Origin: Gemmatimonas sp.
Lineage (GTDB): Bacteria; Gemmatimonadota; Gemmatimonadetes; Gemmatimonadales; Gemmatimonadaceae
Direction of reading: 5' to 3'
DNA: 64,000 nucleotides
NCBI GenBank assembly: GCA_031414535.1
Contig: JANNVQ010000045.1
Coordinates: forward strand, 1-64,000
Below the pieces are notes generated by a model. That model worked only from the letters and a program-made list of their open reading frames with translations. It was not told the origin of the DNA and searched no databases. The first letter of the stretch is position 1. Every line of letters starts with the position of its first letter. Positions 17,150 through 27,209 of this stretch are shown here, one piece after another. The position numbers and the translations under genes are program-made.

Positions 17150-19828
17150 CTACTGGCGGCCGCGGCGCTCGAGGGACTCCACCAACTGCGGCAGGTGTTG
17201 AATGATCACGACGCGCCCCGACGGATTGCGACGCACCATCGCGAAGCGCTTCCCGTCCGGCGAGATGTCGTAATTGGTGTGCGGTGTGGACGACGCCATC
17301 TCCGTCACATCGAAGAGCGTGCGACGATCGGACACCGCGGGAGCCGCGCCGAACGAGATTCGCGCGGCGACTAGCGACGTCTTGCCGCCCGTCAGCGCGC
17401 GGTAGAAGAGTTCGCGACCATCCGGACCCCAGGTGGGCTCACTGCCACCATTCGCTGAGACTCGGATCTCGTCACCGTCGCGTCCAAGGGGGCGAAGATA
17501 TATCTCCGAAGTCCCCGTCTGATCAGACGTATACGCGAGCCAGCGGCCGTCGGGTGACACCGCGGGGTACGACTCCTCGAACGGCGTCGAGACGAGCGGC
17601 TCAATCGGCCCGCGACCACCATTGCGAATGATGGCGATGTCCGTCTTGGACCCTTGGCTCAACCCAGTGCCGGCGGTGACGATGGCGCTTTGGTCGGGCA
17701 GCCACTCACCGGTGTAGCCAATAAGCGGCGACGATATCAATGAATCGGCGCCCGATGAGCGTCCTGGCGCTGTGCGCAGGAGCGTCAGCGTGCCGGGCGC
17801 TCGGCTCGCGGTGATGAAGATGATGCCGCGTCCGTCAGGATCCCAGTCGGCGTCGTGGCCATCGCGCTCGAAGCTGACGCGCGTGAGGGTTTGCGAGGCC
17901 AAGTCGAGCCGCCACACGTCGCGCCCATCGATGGTCGCGAAATCCGTGAGCAATGAACGACCGTCTGGCGAGAAGCGGGGCATATGGAAGGTGCGCCCGT
18001 CACTCACCGCGGGACGAGAGGCACCATCACGGTCAATCAGCAGCAGCGATCGCGGCGCCTCGGGCACAAAGGCGAGCGTGCCGTTCGCGGACATGGCGAA
18101 GTTGGCACCACCACCACCCGAGAGCGACACGTCCGTGGCAATCTCGACTGGCTCGCCAATCGTACGTCGCGCACCAAGGTCGAAGCGGACGGCCTCAAGC
18201 GTGCCGCTCCCAACCACGTAGGCGAGGATTCCCGCGGCGTAGCGGACTTCTACGACGTCCGCTCCGAGAATCGGCTCCGACTCTCCGGTACGGAGATTGA
18301 CGATAAAGGCCTGCCCAAAGCTCGTGCCCAGCGGGCTGCGCACAGCAAGTCCATACCTGCTACCCGGTAGGACCTGCTGCACGGCCAAGCCTGGGTCAGC
18401 AGCGAGCGGATGCGTGATGGCGCCATCAGCAGCGACGCGCGTGACGCCCTCTTGAAATCCGTTGAGCGGCGAAATCCATATCGCACCATCATCGCCCCAT
18501 GCCGTGTACGACGAGGCGCCAAGCTGCTGCGGCAGTGCCACGCCGCGTCCGCCCTCCAGCGAGAACTTGAAAACCTGCGCTGCGTCAATGTTTGACGCGA
18601 CGACGCTGCGGCCATCCGGGGAAAATACGGGCGACGAGAAGTTCGCTGGAATGTGGGCCAAGGGCCGCGAGAGTTCTTCGTCGAGTCGGTGCAATACGAG
18701 TTGTTCGCCTCCACCGGCACCCTGCAGATAGATGATGCTGGTGCCATCGGGCGAGATGTCGAGCATCTTCTGCAGGAAGGTGGCAGCACCTCCGATACTA
18801 GGCGTTGAAAGCGCCAGCCGGGTCGAAATCGGCTTGGGTGTCGGACGCATCCAACCCCAGGCGGCGAGCGCAACTGCGGCCGCGAATGCGAGTGGCCAAG
18901 CGGCACGTGCGAGGCTGTTGCGCCATCCTGTCTTCACTTCCAGCCGCAAGCCGGAATTGTGCCGCCGCGTGATCGTCGCATGACCGCTGCCTGTCAGCGC
19001 CGACGCAAACAAGGCCGCCGTCGCAAAGCGATCCGCCGGCAACTTCGCGAGTGCGGTGAGCACCGCGTCCGAGATGTACTCCGGCACCGTGCGTCGCGTG
19101 GCCGACACAGGCTCCGGATCATTGCCCAGCACACGGGCGATCACGGCCTGCGCGGTTGGCCCACTAAACGGCGGCTCACCCACGAGCATCTCGTGCAGCA
19201 CACATCCAAGCGCGTACACATCCGTGCGCGCATCAATGTTGCGCTCACCGAGTGCCTGCTCGGGACTCATATAATGAGGGGTCCCGAGTGACATTCCCGT
19301 TTCGGTGAGGCGGCTCCCGCCATCCGTTCGACTGGCTGCCAACGCAATGCCGAAATCCGCCACCACCGCGCGTCCATCGTGCAGCAGGATGTTTTCCGGC
19401 TTGATGTCGCGATGGATGACGCCTTGGCGATGCGCGTAGTCGAGCGCGCTGGCCACTTCGCTTGCGATGCGCACGGCGTCTTCGATAGGAAGCTGCTTTT
19501 CGCGATTCAAGCGGTCGCGCAGCGCTTCGCCCTCCACAAAGGGCATGACGTAGTAGACGGTCCCTTCCACCTGACCCGAATCGAACAACGGCAGAATGTG
19601 CGGATGCTGCAGATTCGCCGTGGTGCGGATCTCGACCAGAAATCGCTCGGCGCCGATGATCGCCGAGAGCTCGGGTTTGAGAACCTTGAGGGCGACGGGC
19701 CGGCTGTGGCGGAGGTCCTGCGCGAGGTAGACCGTGGCCATTCCGCCCGCCCCGAGGACGCGGTCGAGGCGGTAACGGTCGGCGAGGGCGGCGGCGAGCG
19801 AGGCGGGGACGGGCTGGCTTGAGGTCAC
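17150..19828 (-). CDS. Hanks-type Ser/Thr kinase with TM helix and PD40/TolB-like beta-propeller
   Basis: GAGGMATV, VALK, HRDIKPEN, DFG, YMSPEQ; repeated SPDGR; start set at GTG of VTSSQ. Confidence 0.92.
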   Translation of the reverse strand: MTSSQPVPASLAAALADRYRLDRVLGAGGMATVYLAQDLRHSRPVALKVLKPELSAIIGAERFLVEIRTTANLQHPHILPLFDSGQVEGTVYYVMPFVEGEALRDRLNREKQLPIEDAVRIASEVASALDYAHRQGVIHRDIKPENILLHDGRAVVADFGIALAASRTDGGSRLTETGMSLGTPHYMSPEQALGERNIDARTDVYALGCVLHEMLVGEPPFSGPTAQAVIARVLGNDPEPVSATRRTVPEYISDAVLTALAKLPADRFATAALFASALTGSGHATITRRHNSGLRLEVKTGWRNSLARAAWPLAFAAAVALAAWGWMRPTPKPISTRLALSTPSIGGAATFLQKMLDISPDGTSIIYLQGAGGGEQLVLHRLDEELSRPLAHIPANFSSPVFSPDGRSVVASNIDAAQVFKFSLEGGRGVALPQQLGASSYTAWGDDGAIWISPLNGFQEGVTRVAADGAITHPLAADPGLAVQQVLPGSRYGLAVRSPLGTSFGQAFIVNLRTGESEPILGADVVEVRYAAGILAYVVGSGTLEAVRFDLGARRTIGEPVEIATDVSLSGGGGANFAMSANGTLAFVPEAPRSLLLIDRDGASRPAVSDGRTFHMPRFSPDGRSLLTDFATIDGRDVWRLDLASQTLTRVSFERDGHDADWDPDGRGIIFITASRAPGTLTLLRTAPGRSSGADSLISSPLIGYTGEWLPDQSAIVTAGTGLSQGSKTDIAIIRNGGRGPIEPLVSTPFEESYPAVSPDGRWLAYTSDQTGTSEIYLRPLGRDGDEIRVSANGGSEPTWGPDGRELFYRALTGGKTSLVAARISFGAAPAVSDRRTLFDVTEMASSTPHTNYDISPDGKRFAMVRRNPSGRVVIIQHLPQLVESLERRGRQ

Positions 19829-19906
19829 GGGCGCATTGTACGGCTTCTGGGCGTCAGAATCCAGCATCCGGCAGGGATTCCCCGAGGCCGGGCGGCCGCG
19901 CCCTCC

Positions 19907-19935
19907 TTGCCATCCGTTCATCCGGATGCTAGGAT
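19907..19935 (+). promoter_or_regulatory. Putative sigma70 promoter of metF-metH
   Basis: TTGCCA-N17-TAGGAT with extended -10 TG, just upstream of the riboswitch. Confidence 0.6.
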
Positions 19936-19949
19936 ACAAGCACAATCGA

Positions 19950-20003
19950 ATTCGTGGCGATTTCGAGGCAACTTGCGGCCACGTAAAACATTCAGCTAAA
20001 GCG
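19950..20003 (+). ncRNA. SAM-II (SAM-alpha)-type riboswitch
   Basis: P1 CGTGG (19953-57) / CCACG (19979-83), conserved GATTT and TTGC, A-rich linker, 3' GCTAAA; leader of metF-metH. Confidence 0.85.
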
Positions 20004-20054
20004 CCGGCCCGGTGTGCCTCCTCGCTCCGGGCCTTCGTGCTTTCAGGAACCACA

Positions 20055-20972
20055 GTGCAAACGAATCCCGCGCAGAATCCGGCGCCGTTTCAGATTTCGT
20101 TCGAGTTCTTCCCGCCCAAGTCGGAAGAGATGGAAGCCACGCTATGGCGCTCCATCCAGCGATTGGCTCCCCTGGCACCGCACTTCGTATCGGTGACCTA
20201 CGGCGCCGGCGGCTCCACTCGCGAGCGCACGCACCACACGGTGCATCGCATTCTCCAAGAAACGCCCCTCGTGCCCGCCGCGCACCTGACCTGCGTGGCC
20301 GCGACGCGTGAGGAGATTGACGCCGTCGCCGACGACTATTGGAACGCCGGCGTACGGCACGTGGTCGCGCTGCGCGGTGACATCCCCGGCGGCGACGCGC
20401 CCTACTTCCCCACGCCAGGCGGCTACTCCTACGCCACAGAGTTGGTGGAAGGCCTGCGCAAGCGTCGAGACTTTGAAGTCTCTGTGGCCGCGTACCCGGA
20501 AGTGCATCCTGAGGCAAAGTCTGCGCAGGACGACATGGACAACTTGAAGCGCAAGTTGGACTCCGGTGCGACGCGCGCGATCACGCAATTCTTCTTCGAC
20601 AACTGGGCCTATCTGCGATTCGTGGACCGCGCACGGAAGGCTGGCATCACCGCGCAGATCGTCCCTGGCATCATGCCGGTCACGAACTTCACGCAGACGG
20701 CCAAATTTGCGAAGATTGCCGGCGCAACCATTCCCGCCACCTTCGCGAAGCACTTTGAAGGCCTTGAGAATGATGCCGAGACGCGGAAGCTGGTGTCCGC
20801 GTCGCTCGTCGCCGAACAGGTCACCCAACTCGCGCAGTCGGGCGTGAAGGAATTTCACTTCTATACGTTGAATAGGGCAGATCTGACCTATGCTATTTGC
20901 CACTTGCTAGGCTTTCGGCCAGGAAGTGGACGGATGACGGATGACGGAAGCGACCAGCGGGTGGGCGTATGA
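20055..20972 (+). CDS. metF: 5,10-methylenetetrahydrofolate reductase
   Basis: [44 protein letters not shown] start after AGGAA. Confidence 0.96.
   Translation: MQTNPAQNPAPFQISFEFFPPKSEEMEATLWRSIQRLAPLAPHFVSVTYGAGGSTRERTHHTVHRILQETPLVPAAHLTCVAATREEIDAVADDYWNAGVRHVVALRGDIPGGDAPYFPTPGGYSYATELVEGLRKRRDFEVSVAAYPEVHPEAKSAQDDMDNLKRKLDSGATRAITQFFFDNWAYLRFVDRARKAGITAQIVPGIMPVTNFTQTAKFAKIAGATIPATFAKHFEGLENDAETRKLVSASLVAEQVTQLAQSGVKEFHFYTLNRADLTYAICHLLGFRPGSGRMTDDGSDQRVGV
20928..20950 (+). repeat. Heptamer array inside the metF 3' end, locus 3
   Basis: GGACGGATGACGGATGACGGAAG, translated GRMTDDGS. Confidence 0.85.
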
Positions 20973-23900
20973 CTTTCACGCGCACTTCCCGCATTGCGGC
21001 GCTCCACACTGAGGCGGCTCGCCGCCTGCTCATCATTGATGGCGCAATGGGCACCATGGTGCAGACCTATGGTCTCACCGAGCGCGACTACCGCGGCACG
21101 CGCTTCAATCATTGGCCCAGTGACTTAAAGGGCAACAATGACCTGTTGATTCTCACGCGTCCGGACGTCGTCGGCGGCATTCACCGCGCCTACCTCGAAG
21201 CGGGAGCGGACATTCTCGAGACGGCGACGTTCAACTCGACGCGCGTCGCGATGGCCGATTACGGCATGCAGGAGCAGGTGCGTGAGCTCAACGTCGAGGG
21301 CGCGCGGCTCGCACGTAAGCTCTGCGACGAGTTTGAAGCCAAGGACGGACGCCCGCGCTGGGTGGCAGGTGTGCTCGGGCCGCTCAATCGCACGGCCTCG
21401 CTCTCGCCGGACGTGAATGATCCGGGGGCCCGTAACATCACTTTCGCGGAGTTGGTGGAAGCCTACGTCGAGGCCACCGAGGGCCTTCTCGATGGCGGTG
21501 CGGACATCATTCTCATTGAGACAATCTTCGACACGCTGAACGCCAAGGGCGCCATCTTCGCGGTGGAGCAGGTGTTTGAGCAGCGTGGCGAGCGTGTACC
21601 CGTGATGATCTCCGGCACCATCACCGACGCATCCGGCAGAACGCTCACGGGTCAGACTACCGAGGCGTTCTGGAACTCGGTGATGCACGCGAAGCCCTTC
21701 TCGGTTGGCCTCAACTGTGCACTCGGCGCCAAGGATCTGCGCGGCTACGTGCAGGAACTTGCTCGCGTGGCCGACTGCTACGTCACGGTGCATCCCAATG
21801 CTGGCCTGCCCAATGAAATGGGCGGCTACGACGAGACGCCGGATTACACGTCAAGCATTCTCCGTGAATTCGCCGAGAGCGGTTTGGTGAATGTGGTGGG
21901 CGGCTGCTGCGGCACAACGCCGGCGCACATTCGCGCGATTGCCGACGCCGTGCGCGATGTGAAGCCACGCGCCCTTCCTGAAATTCCGAAGCGCCTACGC
22001 CTCTCGGGCCTAGAGCCGCTGGTGATTGGCCCCGACTCGAATTTCACAAACGTTGGCGAGCGCACGAATGTCACCGGCTCCAAGAAGTTCGCCGAGTTGA
22101 TTATCAACGGGCACTACGACCAAGCGCTGGAAGTGGCGCGTCAGCAGGTCGAGGCCGGTGCGGTGATCATTGACATCAATATGGATGAGGGAATGCTCGA
22201 CGCCGAAGCGGCGATGAGACGTTTCCTCAACTTGGTGGCGAGCGAGCCGGCGATTTCCAAGGTCCCGATCATGATTGACAGCTCCAAGTGGAGCGTCATC
22301 GAAGCGGGCCTGCGCTGCGTGCAGGGCAAGAGCATCGTGAACTCCATCTCGATGAAAGAGGGCGAGGCTGAGTTTATTCGGCAAGCAACGCTTGTTCGCA
22401 GATACGGCGCGGCGGTGATTGTGATGGCCTTCGACGAGCAGGGCCAGGCCGATACGGTGGACCGCAAGGTGTCCATCTGCGAGCGCGCCTACAAGATCCT
22501 CACCGAACAGGTGGGCGTCCCGCCAGAAGACATCATCTTCGACCCGAACATCTTCGCCATCGCGACGGGCATCGAAGAGCACAACCGCTACGCGCTGGAC
22601 TTCATCGAGGCCACGGGCCTCATCAAGCAGCGCTGCCCGCACGTGCGCATCTCCGGCGGCGTGAGCAACGTGTCGTTCTCGTTCCGCGGCAACAATCCGC
22701 TACGCGAGGCCATCCACTCCGTCTTCCTGTATCACGCGGTGAAGGCGGGGATGGACATGGGCATCGTGAATGCCGGTGCGCTGGTGCTTTATGAAGACAT
22801 CCCCGCCGAGATCCGTGAGCGCGTGGAAGACGTGGTTCTCGCGCGCCGCGCTGACGCCACTGAGCGCCTGCTCGCCGTAGCCGACCAGGCCAAGGGTCAA
22901 GCGCAGGCCAAGAAGGCTGACCTCAGCTGGCGCCAAGGCCCGGTGAACGAGCGCCTGTCACACGCACTGGTGCACGGCATCGCCGACTTCGTGGTGGAAG
23001 ACACCGAAGAGGCGCGCCATCTGTTTGACCGTCCTATTGAAGTGATTGAAGGCCCGCTCATGCAGGGCATGAACGTGGTTGGCGATCTCTTCGGCGCCGG
23101 CAAGATGTTCCTGCCGCAGGTCGTGAAGTCGGCACGCGTAATGAAACGCGCAGTGGCCCATCTGATTCCCTATATCGAAGCGGAGAAGGCGCTCAACCCA
23201 GAATCGCGGGCCAAGGGCAAGGTCCTCATGGCGACGGTGAAGGGCGACGTACACGACATCGGCAAGAACATCGTGGGCGTCGTCATGCAGTGCAACAACT
23301 TCGAGGTCATTGACCTTGGCGTCATGGTGCCCTGCGCCAAGATCCTCGCGGCGGCACGCGAGCACAACGTGGACATCATCGGATTGTCGGGCCTCATCAC
23401 GCCTTCGCTCGAGGAGATGGCCTTCGTGGCGAGTGAGATGGAGCGTGAGGGATGGACCGTGCCGTTGCTCATCGGCGGCGCGACGACGTCCAAGGTGCAC
23501 ACGGCAGTGAAGATTGCCCCAAACTATTCAGGGCCGGTCGTTCACGTACTCGACGCCTCGCGGGCCGTTGGTGTGGCCAGCTCTCTCACGAGCGATGGAC
23601 TCGCCGAACAGTTCGTGGCGGACGTGCGCACGGAGTACGAGCAGGTGCGTGTGGACCGCGCAGCGCGACAAAGGGACATGAAGCGTCAGACTATTGAGCA
23701 GGCGCGAGCCAACAAGGCGCGCCTCAATTGGGAGCACGTGCCAACCAAGCCCAGCTTTGAAGGCGTGCGCGTGTTTGATGACTTCCCACTCGAAGAGCTC
23801 GTACCGCGCATTGACTGGACGCCGTTCTTCCAGACTTGGGAGTTAGCCGGCTCGTATCCGCGCATTCTCGACGACGCCGTCGTGGGTGAGGCGGCGCGCA

Positions 23901-24682
23901 ACCTGTTTGCGGATGCGCGGGCGATGCTGGAAAAGATTGTAGATGAGAAATGGCTTCGTGCTCGAGCGGTCGTCGGGTTCTTTGCTGCGCATTCCGATGA
24001 TGCGGAGCAGATTCACCTTGGACGGAAGACGGATGACGGAAGCTTTGATCGGCTCGCGACCGTGCAGACGATTCGTCAGCAGATGGTGAAGAACGACGGG
24101 CGTGCCAACGTTGCGCTCGCCGACTACATCGCGCCGGAATCCTCAGGGGTGCAGGATTGGCTGGGTGGGTTCGTCGTCACCACGGGCATCGGTCTGGACG
24201 AGAAGGTGGCGGAGTTCGAGGCCACAAACGACGACTACTCGAGCATCATGGTAAAGGCGTTGGCGGATCGTCTCGCCGAAGCCTTTGCCGAGCGGCTCCA
24301 CGAAAAGGTGCGTCGCGAGCTGTGGGGCTACGCGCCCAACGAGCATCTCGACAACCAAGCCCTCATCCGCGAGCAGTACCAGGGCATCCGCCCGGCGCCA
24401 GGCTATCCGGCATGCCCAGACCATACGGAAAAGAAGACTTTGTTCGACATTCTCGACGCCGAGCGACTGGGTGGCGTACACCTCACCGAGAGCTACGCCA
24501 TGCATCCCACCTCGGCGGTGGCTGGTTGGTACTTCGGGCATCCAGACGCGCACTACTTCGGCGTCGGGAAGATCGAGCGCGACCAAGTCGAGGCCTATGC
24601 GGCGCGCAAGGGAGTCAGCATCACCGATGCTGAACGGTGGTTGGCACCAATCCTAAACTACGACAAGCCTCCCCAAGGCTGA
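20969..24682 (+). CDS. metH: Cobalamin-dependent methionine synthase
   Basis: [42 protein letters not shown]. Confidence 0.98.
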   Translation: MTFTRTSRIAALHTEAARRLLIIDGAMGTMVQTYGLTERDYRGTRFNHWPSDLKGNNDLLILTRPDVVGGIHRAYLEAGADILETATFNSTRVAMADYGMQEQVRELNVEGARLARKLCDEFEAKDGRPRWVAGVLGPLNRTASLSPDVNDPGARNITFAELVEAYVEATEGLLDGGADIILIETIFDTLNAKGAIFAVEQVFEQRGERVPVMISGTITDASGRTLTGQTTEAFWNSVMHAKPFSVGLNCALGAKDLRGYVQELARVADCYVTVHPNAGLPNEMGGYDETPDYTSSILREFAESGLVNVVGGCCGTTPAHIRAIADAVRDVKPRALPEIPKRLRLSGLEPLVIGPDSNFTNVGERTNVTGSKKFAELIINGHYDQALEVARQQVEAGAVIIDINMDEGMLDAEAAMRRFLNLVASEPAISKVPIMIDSSKWSVIEAGLRCVQGKSIVNSISMKEGEAEFIRQATLVRRYGAAVIVMAFDEQGQADTVDRKVSICERAYKILTEQVGVPPEDIIFDPNIFAIATGIEEHNRYALDFIEATGLIKQRCPHVRISGGVSNVSFSFRGNNPLREAIHSVFLYHAVKAGMDMGIVNAGALVLYEDIPAEIRERVEDVVLARRADATERLLAVADQAKGQAQAKKADLSWRQGPVNERLSHALVHGIADFVVEDTEEARHLFDRPIEVIEGPLMQGMNVVGDLFGAGKMFLPQVVKSARVMKRAVAHLIPYIEAEKALNPESRAKGKVLMATVKGDVHDIGKNIVGVVMQCNNFEVIDLGVMVPCAKILAAAREHNVDIIGLSGLITPSLEEMAFVASEMEREGWTVPLLIGGATTSKVHTAVKIAPNYSGPVVHVLDASRAVGVASSLTSDGLAEQFVADVRTEYEQVRVDRAARQRDMKRQTIEQARANKARLNWEHVPTKPSFEGVRVFDDFPLEELVPRIDWTPFFQTWELAGSYPRILDDAVVGEAARNLFADARAMLEKIVDEKWLRARAVVGFFAAHSDDAEQIHLGRKTDDGSFDRLATVQTIRQQMVKNDGRANVALADYIAPESSGVQDWLGGFVVTTGIGLDEKVAEFEATNDDYSSIMVKALADRLAEAFAERLHEKVRRELWGYAPNEHLDNQALIREQYQGIRPAPGYPACPDHTEKKTLFDILDAERLGGVHLTESYAMHPTSAVAGWYFGHPDAHYFGVGKIERDQVEAYAARKGVSITDAERWLAPILNYDKPPQG
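24020..24042 (+). repeat. Heptamer array in frame inside metH, locus 4
   Basis: GGACGGAAGACGGATGACGGAAG (GRKTDDGS); exact reverse complement of 62033-62055. Confidence 0.8.
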
Positions 24683-24756
24683 CCGGGTCCGGGGCTGACC
24701 GAGGCGGTGACTGGCCGATACCTTTTAAGTAGGTCTGGCCCCTTTAAACTGTTTCG

Positions 24757-25911
24757 ATGTCCGAATCCCAACGCCGCGTCCTGATCGTAGACGACGATTC
24801 TGCTGTACTTCAGGCCTCGACTATGTTGCTCAGTCGAGCCGGCTTTGTTGTCGATGGCGCCGCTTCTGGAGAGGCGGCGTTGCACAGCATCTATGAACGT
24901 CAGTACAGCGCCATCCTTTCCGACATCAACATGGAAGGGATGAGCGGCTTGGAGCTGCTCCGCGCGATCCGCGAGCGCGACCTCGACACACCGGTCATAC
25001 TGATTACCGGCGGCCCGTCCTTGCAGACGGCGATTGATGCGATGGCCTGGGGTGCGCACCGCTACCTGCTCAAGCCTGTCGCACCGAAGGAACTGATGGA
25101 AGCGGTGACACGAGCCGTCCTCCTCTCAGACCTCGCACGACTCAAACGTGAAGCCTTCACGCTCCGCGGCTCGCACGGCCTGCCGGTGGACGACGAGCGG
25201 GCACTCGGCGCCGCCTTTAGCCGCGCCCTGCAAAAGCTGGCCATCGTGTTTCAACCCATCGTCTCGTTGAAGTTGAAACGCTCAATCGGGTTTGAAGCAC
25301 TCGTGCGCTCCGCGGAACCCACGCTTGAGCATCCGGAAGCCCTGCTGGGCACCGCGGCGCTGCTGGGGCGCTCCGACGAGCTCACGCGAGCCATCTACCT
25401 CAAGATTGCGGCCTACGCTCCGCAGCTGCCGGACGAACGCCTGCTCTTCGTCAACGTGCATCCGCCGGATCTCCTCGACCATTCTTTGCACGGTATCGGC
25501 TCACCGCTGGCGCCGTTTGCTGAGCGCATCGTCCTGGAAATCACGGAGCGCGCCAGCATTGAAAGAATGGGCAACATTTCTAACCTCGTCCGTGACCTCC
25601 GGTTGCTCGGCTACCGCCTCGCCGTGGATGACCTCGGCACGGGCTACGCGGGTCTCTCGAGCTTCACGCAGTTGAGCCCGGATATCGTGAAGCTGGACCG
25701 CAGTTTGATTGAAGGCATCGATCACAACCTCACCAAACAGCGCGTAGTGAAGGCAATGCTCTCGCTGTGTGCAGACCTCGGCATGCTGGTAATTTCAGAG
25801 GGTGTGGAGACGGCCACGGAACGCGACGCACTGGCACTGCTGGGCGCCGATTTGCTTCAGGGCTATCTCTACGGGCTTCCCGCCCCGCACCTCAATGATC
25901 CACCAATCTGA
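24757..25911 (+). CDS. Response regulator with EAL c-di-GMP phosphodiesterase domain
   Basis: REC (LIVDDD, SDINM, KP) plus EAL, EITE, DDLGTGY, EGVE, QGY. Confidence 0.92.
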   Translation: MSESQRRVLIVDDDSAVLQASTMLLSRAGFVVDGAASGEAALHSIYERQYSAILSDINMEGMSGLELLRAIRERDLDTPVILITGGPSLQTAIDAMAWGAHRYLLKPVAPKELMEAVTRAVLLSDLARLKREAFTLRGSHGLPVDDERALGAAFSRALQKLAIVFQPIVSLKLKRSIGFEALVRSAEPTLEHPEALLGTAALLGRSDELTRAIYLKIAAYAPQLPDERLLFVNVHPPDLLDHSLHGIGSPLAPFAERIVLEITERASIERMGNISNLVRDLRLLGYRLAVDDLGTGYAGLSSFTQLSPDIVKLDRSLIEGIDHNLTKQRVVKAMLSLCADLGMLVISEGVETATERDALALLGADLLQGYLYGLPAPHLNDPPI

Positions 25912-25953
25912 CTGTCACCCTGTGGCAGCGATTCCCCCCAACGCAACGCGCGT

Positions 25954-27120
25954 ATGTCGTCTGATCTCCTGAGCACCCGCCCCGCCCTCACGCAGCTTTC
26001 AGAAGAGGAGCAGGCTTTCAAATCCGCCGTCGCCGAATTCGTGAACGGCGAGGTGCGCCCCCGCATCGCGCAGATGGAACGCGAGGCCAAGCTGGATCCA
26101 GCGCTCATCAAGGCCTACTTCGAGATGGGCCTGATGGGCATTCAGGCACCCGAGGCACACGGCGGCGCGGCTGGCACCGTGATGATGGTGACGCTCGCGG
26201 TTGAAGAGATCTCAAAAGCCGACGCATCGTCGGCAATCATGGTGGACGTGCAGAACACGTTGGTGGCTCATCCCCTGCTTCACGCCGCCACCAAGGAGCA
26301 GCTCGACAAATGGATGCCACAACTCTGCTCGGGCACGGTTGGGGCCTACGCGCTCTCCGAAGCGTCGAGCGGCTCAGATGCGTTTGGGCTGCAGACTCGC
26401 GCCGTGAAGGTAGACGGTGGCTGGAAGATCAACGGCCGCAAGATGTGGATTACAAATGGCGCAGAAGCCGGCGTGTTTGTTCTCTTTGCGACCATCGACC
26501 CAGCTAAGGGCTACAAAGGCATCACTGCCTTCATTGTTGAGCGCGACATGCCCGGTTTTGCGGTCGGTAAGAAGGAAGACAAGCTCGGTATCCGTGCCTC
26601 AAGCACCACCGAGCTCATGCTCGAAGATGTGTTCGTCCCTGACTTCAACGTGCTCGGGCCGGTGGGGCAGGGCTACAAGATTGCCATCGAAACGCTCAAC
26701 GAAGGTCGCATCGGCATCGGCGCGCAGATGATTGGTGTGGCGCAGGGCGCGCTCGATGCGGCCATCGCGTATGTGAAGGAGCGCCAACAGTTCGGAAAAT
26801 CGCTCTCAGAGTTTCAAGGCATCCAGTTCCAGCTCGCGCAGGCGGCAACAGAGCTCGAAGCTGCGCGGCTCATGGTCTACAACTCGGCGCGTCTGCGCGA
26901 TGCCGGCGAGGACATCGCACAAGCCGGCGCGATGGCCAAACTGTACTCATCACAGGTCGCTGAGCGCGTGACCTCGCTCGCGGTGGAGCTCTTTGGTGGC
27001 TACGGCTACACCAAGGACTATCCGGTGGAGAAGTTTTATCGCGACGCGAAGATTGGGACGATTTACGAGGGGACGTCGAATATGCAGCTGGCGACGATCG
27101 CGAAGGGGCTGTTGAAGTAA
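25954..27120 (+). CDS. Acyl-CoA dehydrogenase (short/branched-chain type)
   Basis: ALSEASSGSDA, KMWITNG, KLGIRASST, IYEGTSNMQ. Confidence 0.95.
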   Translation: MSSDLLSTRPALTQLSEEEQAFKSAVAEFVNGEVRPRIAQMEREAKLDPALIKAYFEMGLMGIQAPEAHGGAAGTVMMVTLAVEEISKADASSAIMVDVQNTLVAHPLLHAATKEQLDKWMPQLCSGTVGAYALSEASSGSDAFGLQTRAVKVDGGWKINGRKMWITNGAEAGVFVLFATIDPAKGYKGITAFIVERDMPGFAVGKKEDKLGIRASSTTELMLEDVFVPDFNVLGPVGQGYKIAIETLNEGRIGIGAQMIGVAQGALDAAIAYVKERQQFGKSLSEFQGIQFQLAQAATELEAARLMVYNSARLRDAGEDIAQAGAMAKLYSSQVAERVTSLAVELFGGYGYTKDYPVEKFYRDAKIGTIYEGTSNMQLATIAKGLLK

Positions 27121-27122
27121 CA

Positions 27123-27209
27123 GGACGGAAGGCGGATGATGGAAGCTTGTTGGGCGCGCCTTGCTGAGCGGGGCGCGCCCTTCTTGCATCCGTCATCCGT
27201 CATCCGTCC
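27123..27209. repeat. Inverted heptamer arrays enclosing a hairpin, locus 5
   Basis: GGACGGAAGGCGGATGATGGAAGC (27123-46) and GCATCCGTCATCCGTCATCCGTCC (27186-209); the right arm contains the symporter stop codon. Confidence 0.88.
27152..27185 (+). terminator. Intrinsic terminator-like hairpin
   Basis: GGGCGCGCC / GGCGCGCCC stem followed by TTCTT, between convergent genes. Confidence 0.65.

Noticed and set aside
19836..20054. Long N-terminal extensions of metF and the kinase given by the ORF track
   Set aside because: They overlap each other and the promoter/riboswitch; conserved domains begin downstream. The same reasoning was used to trim several other starts.
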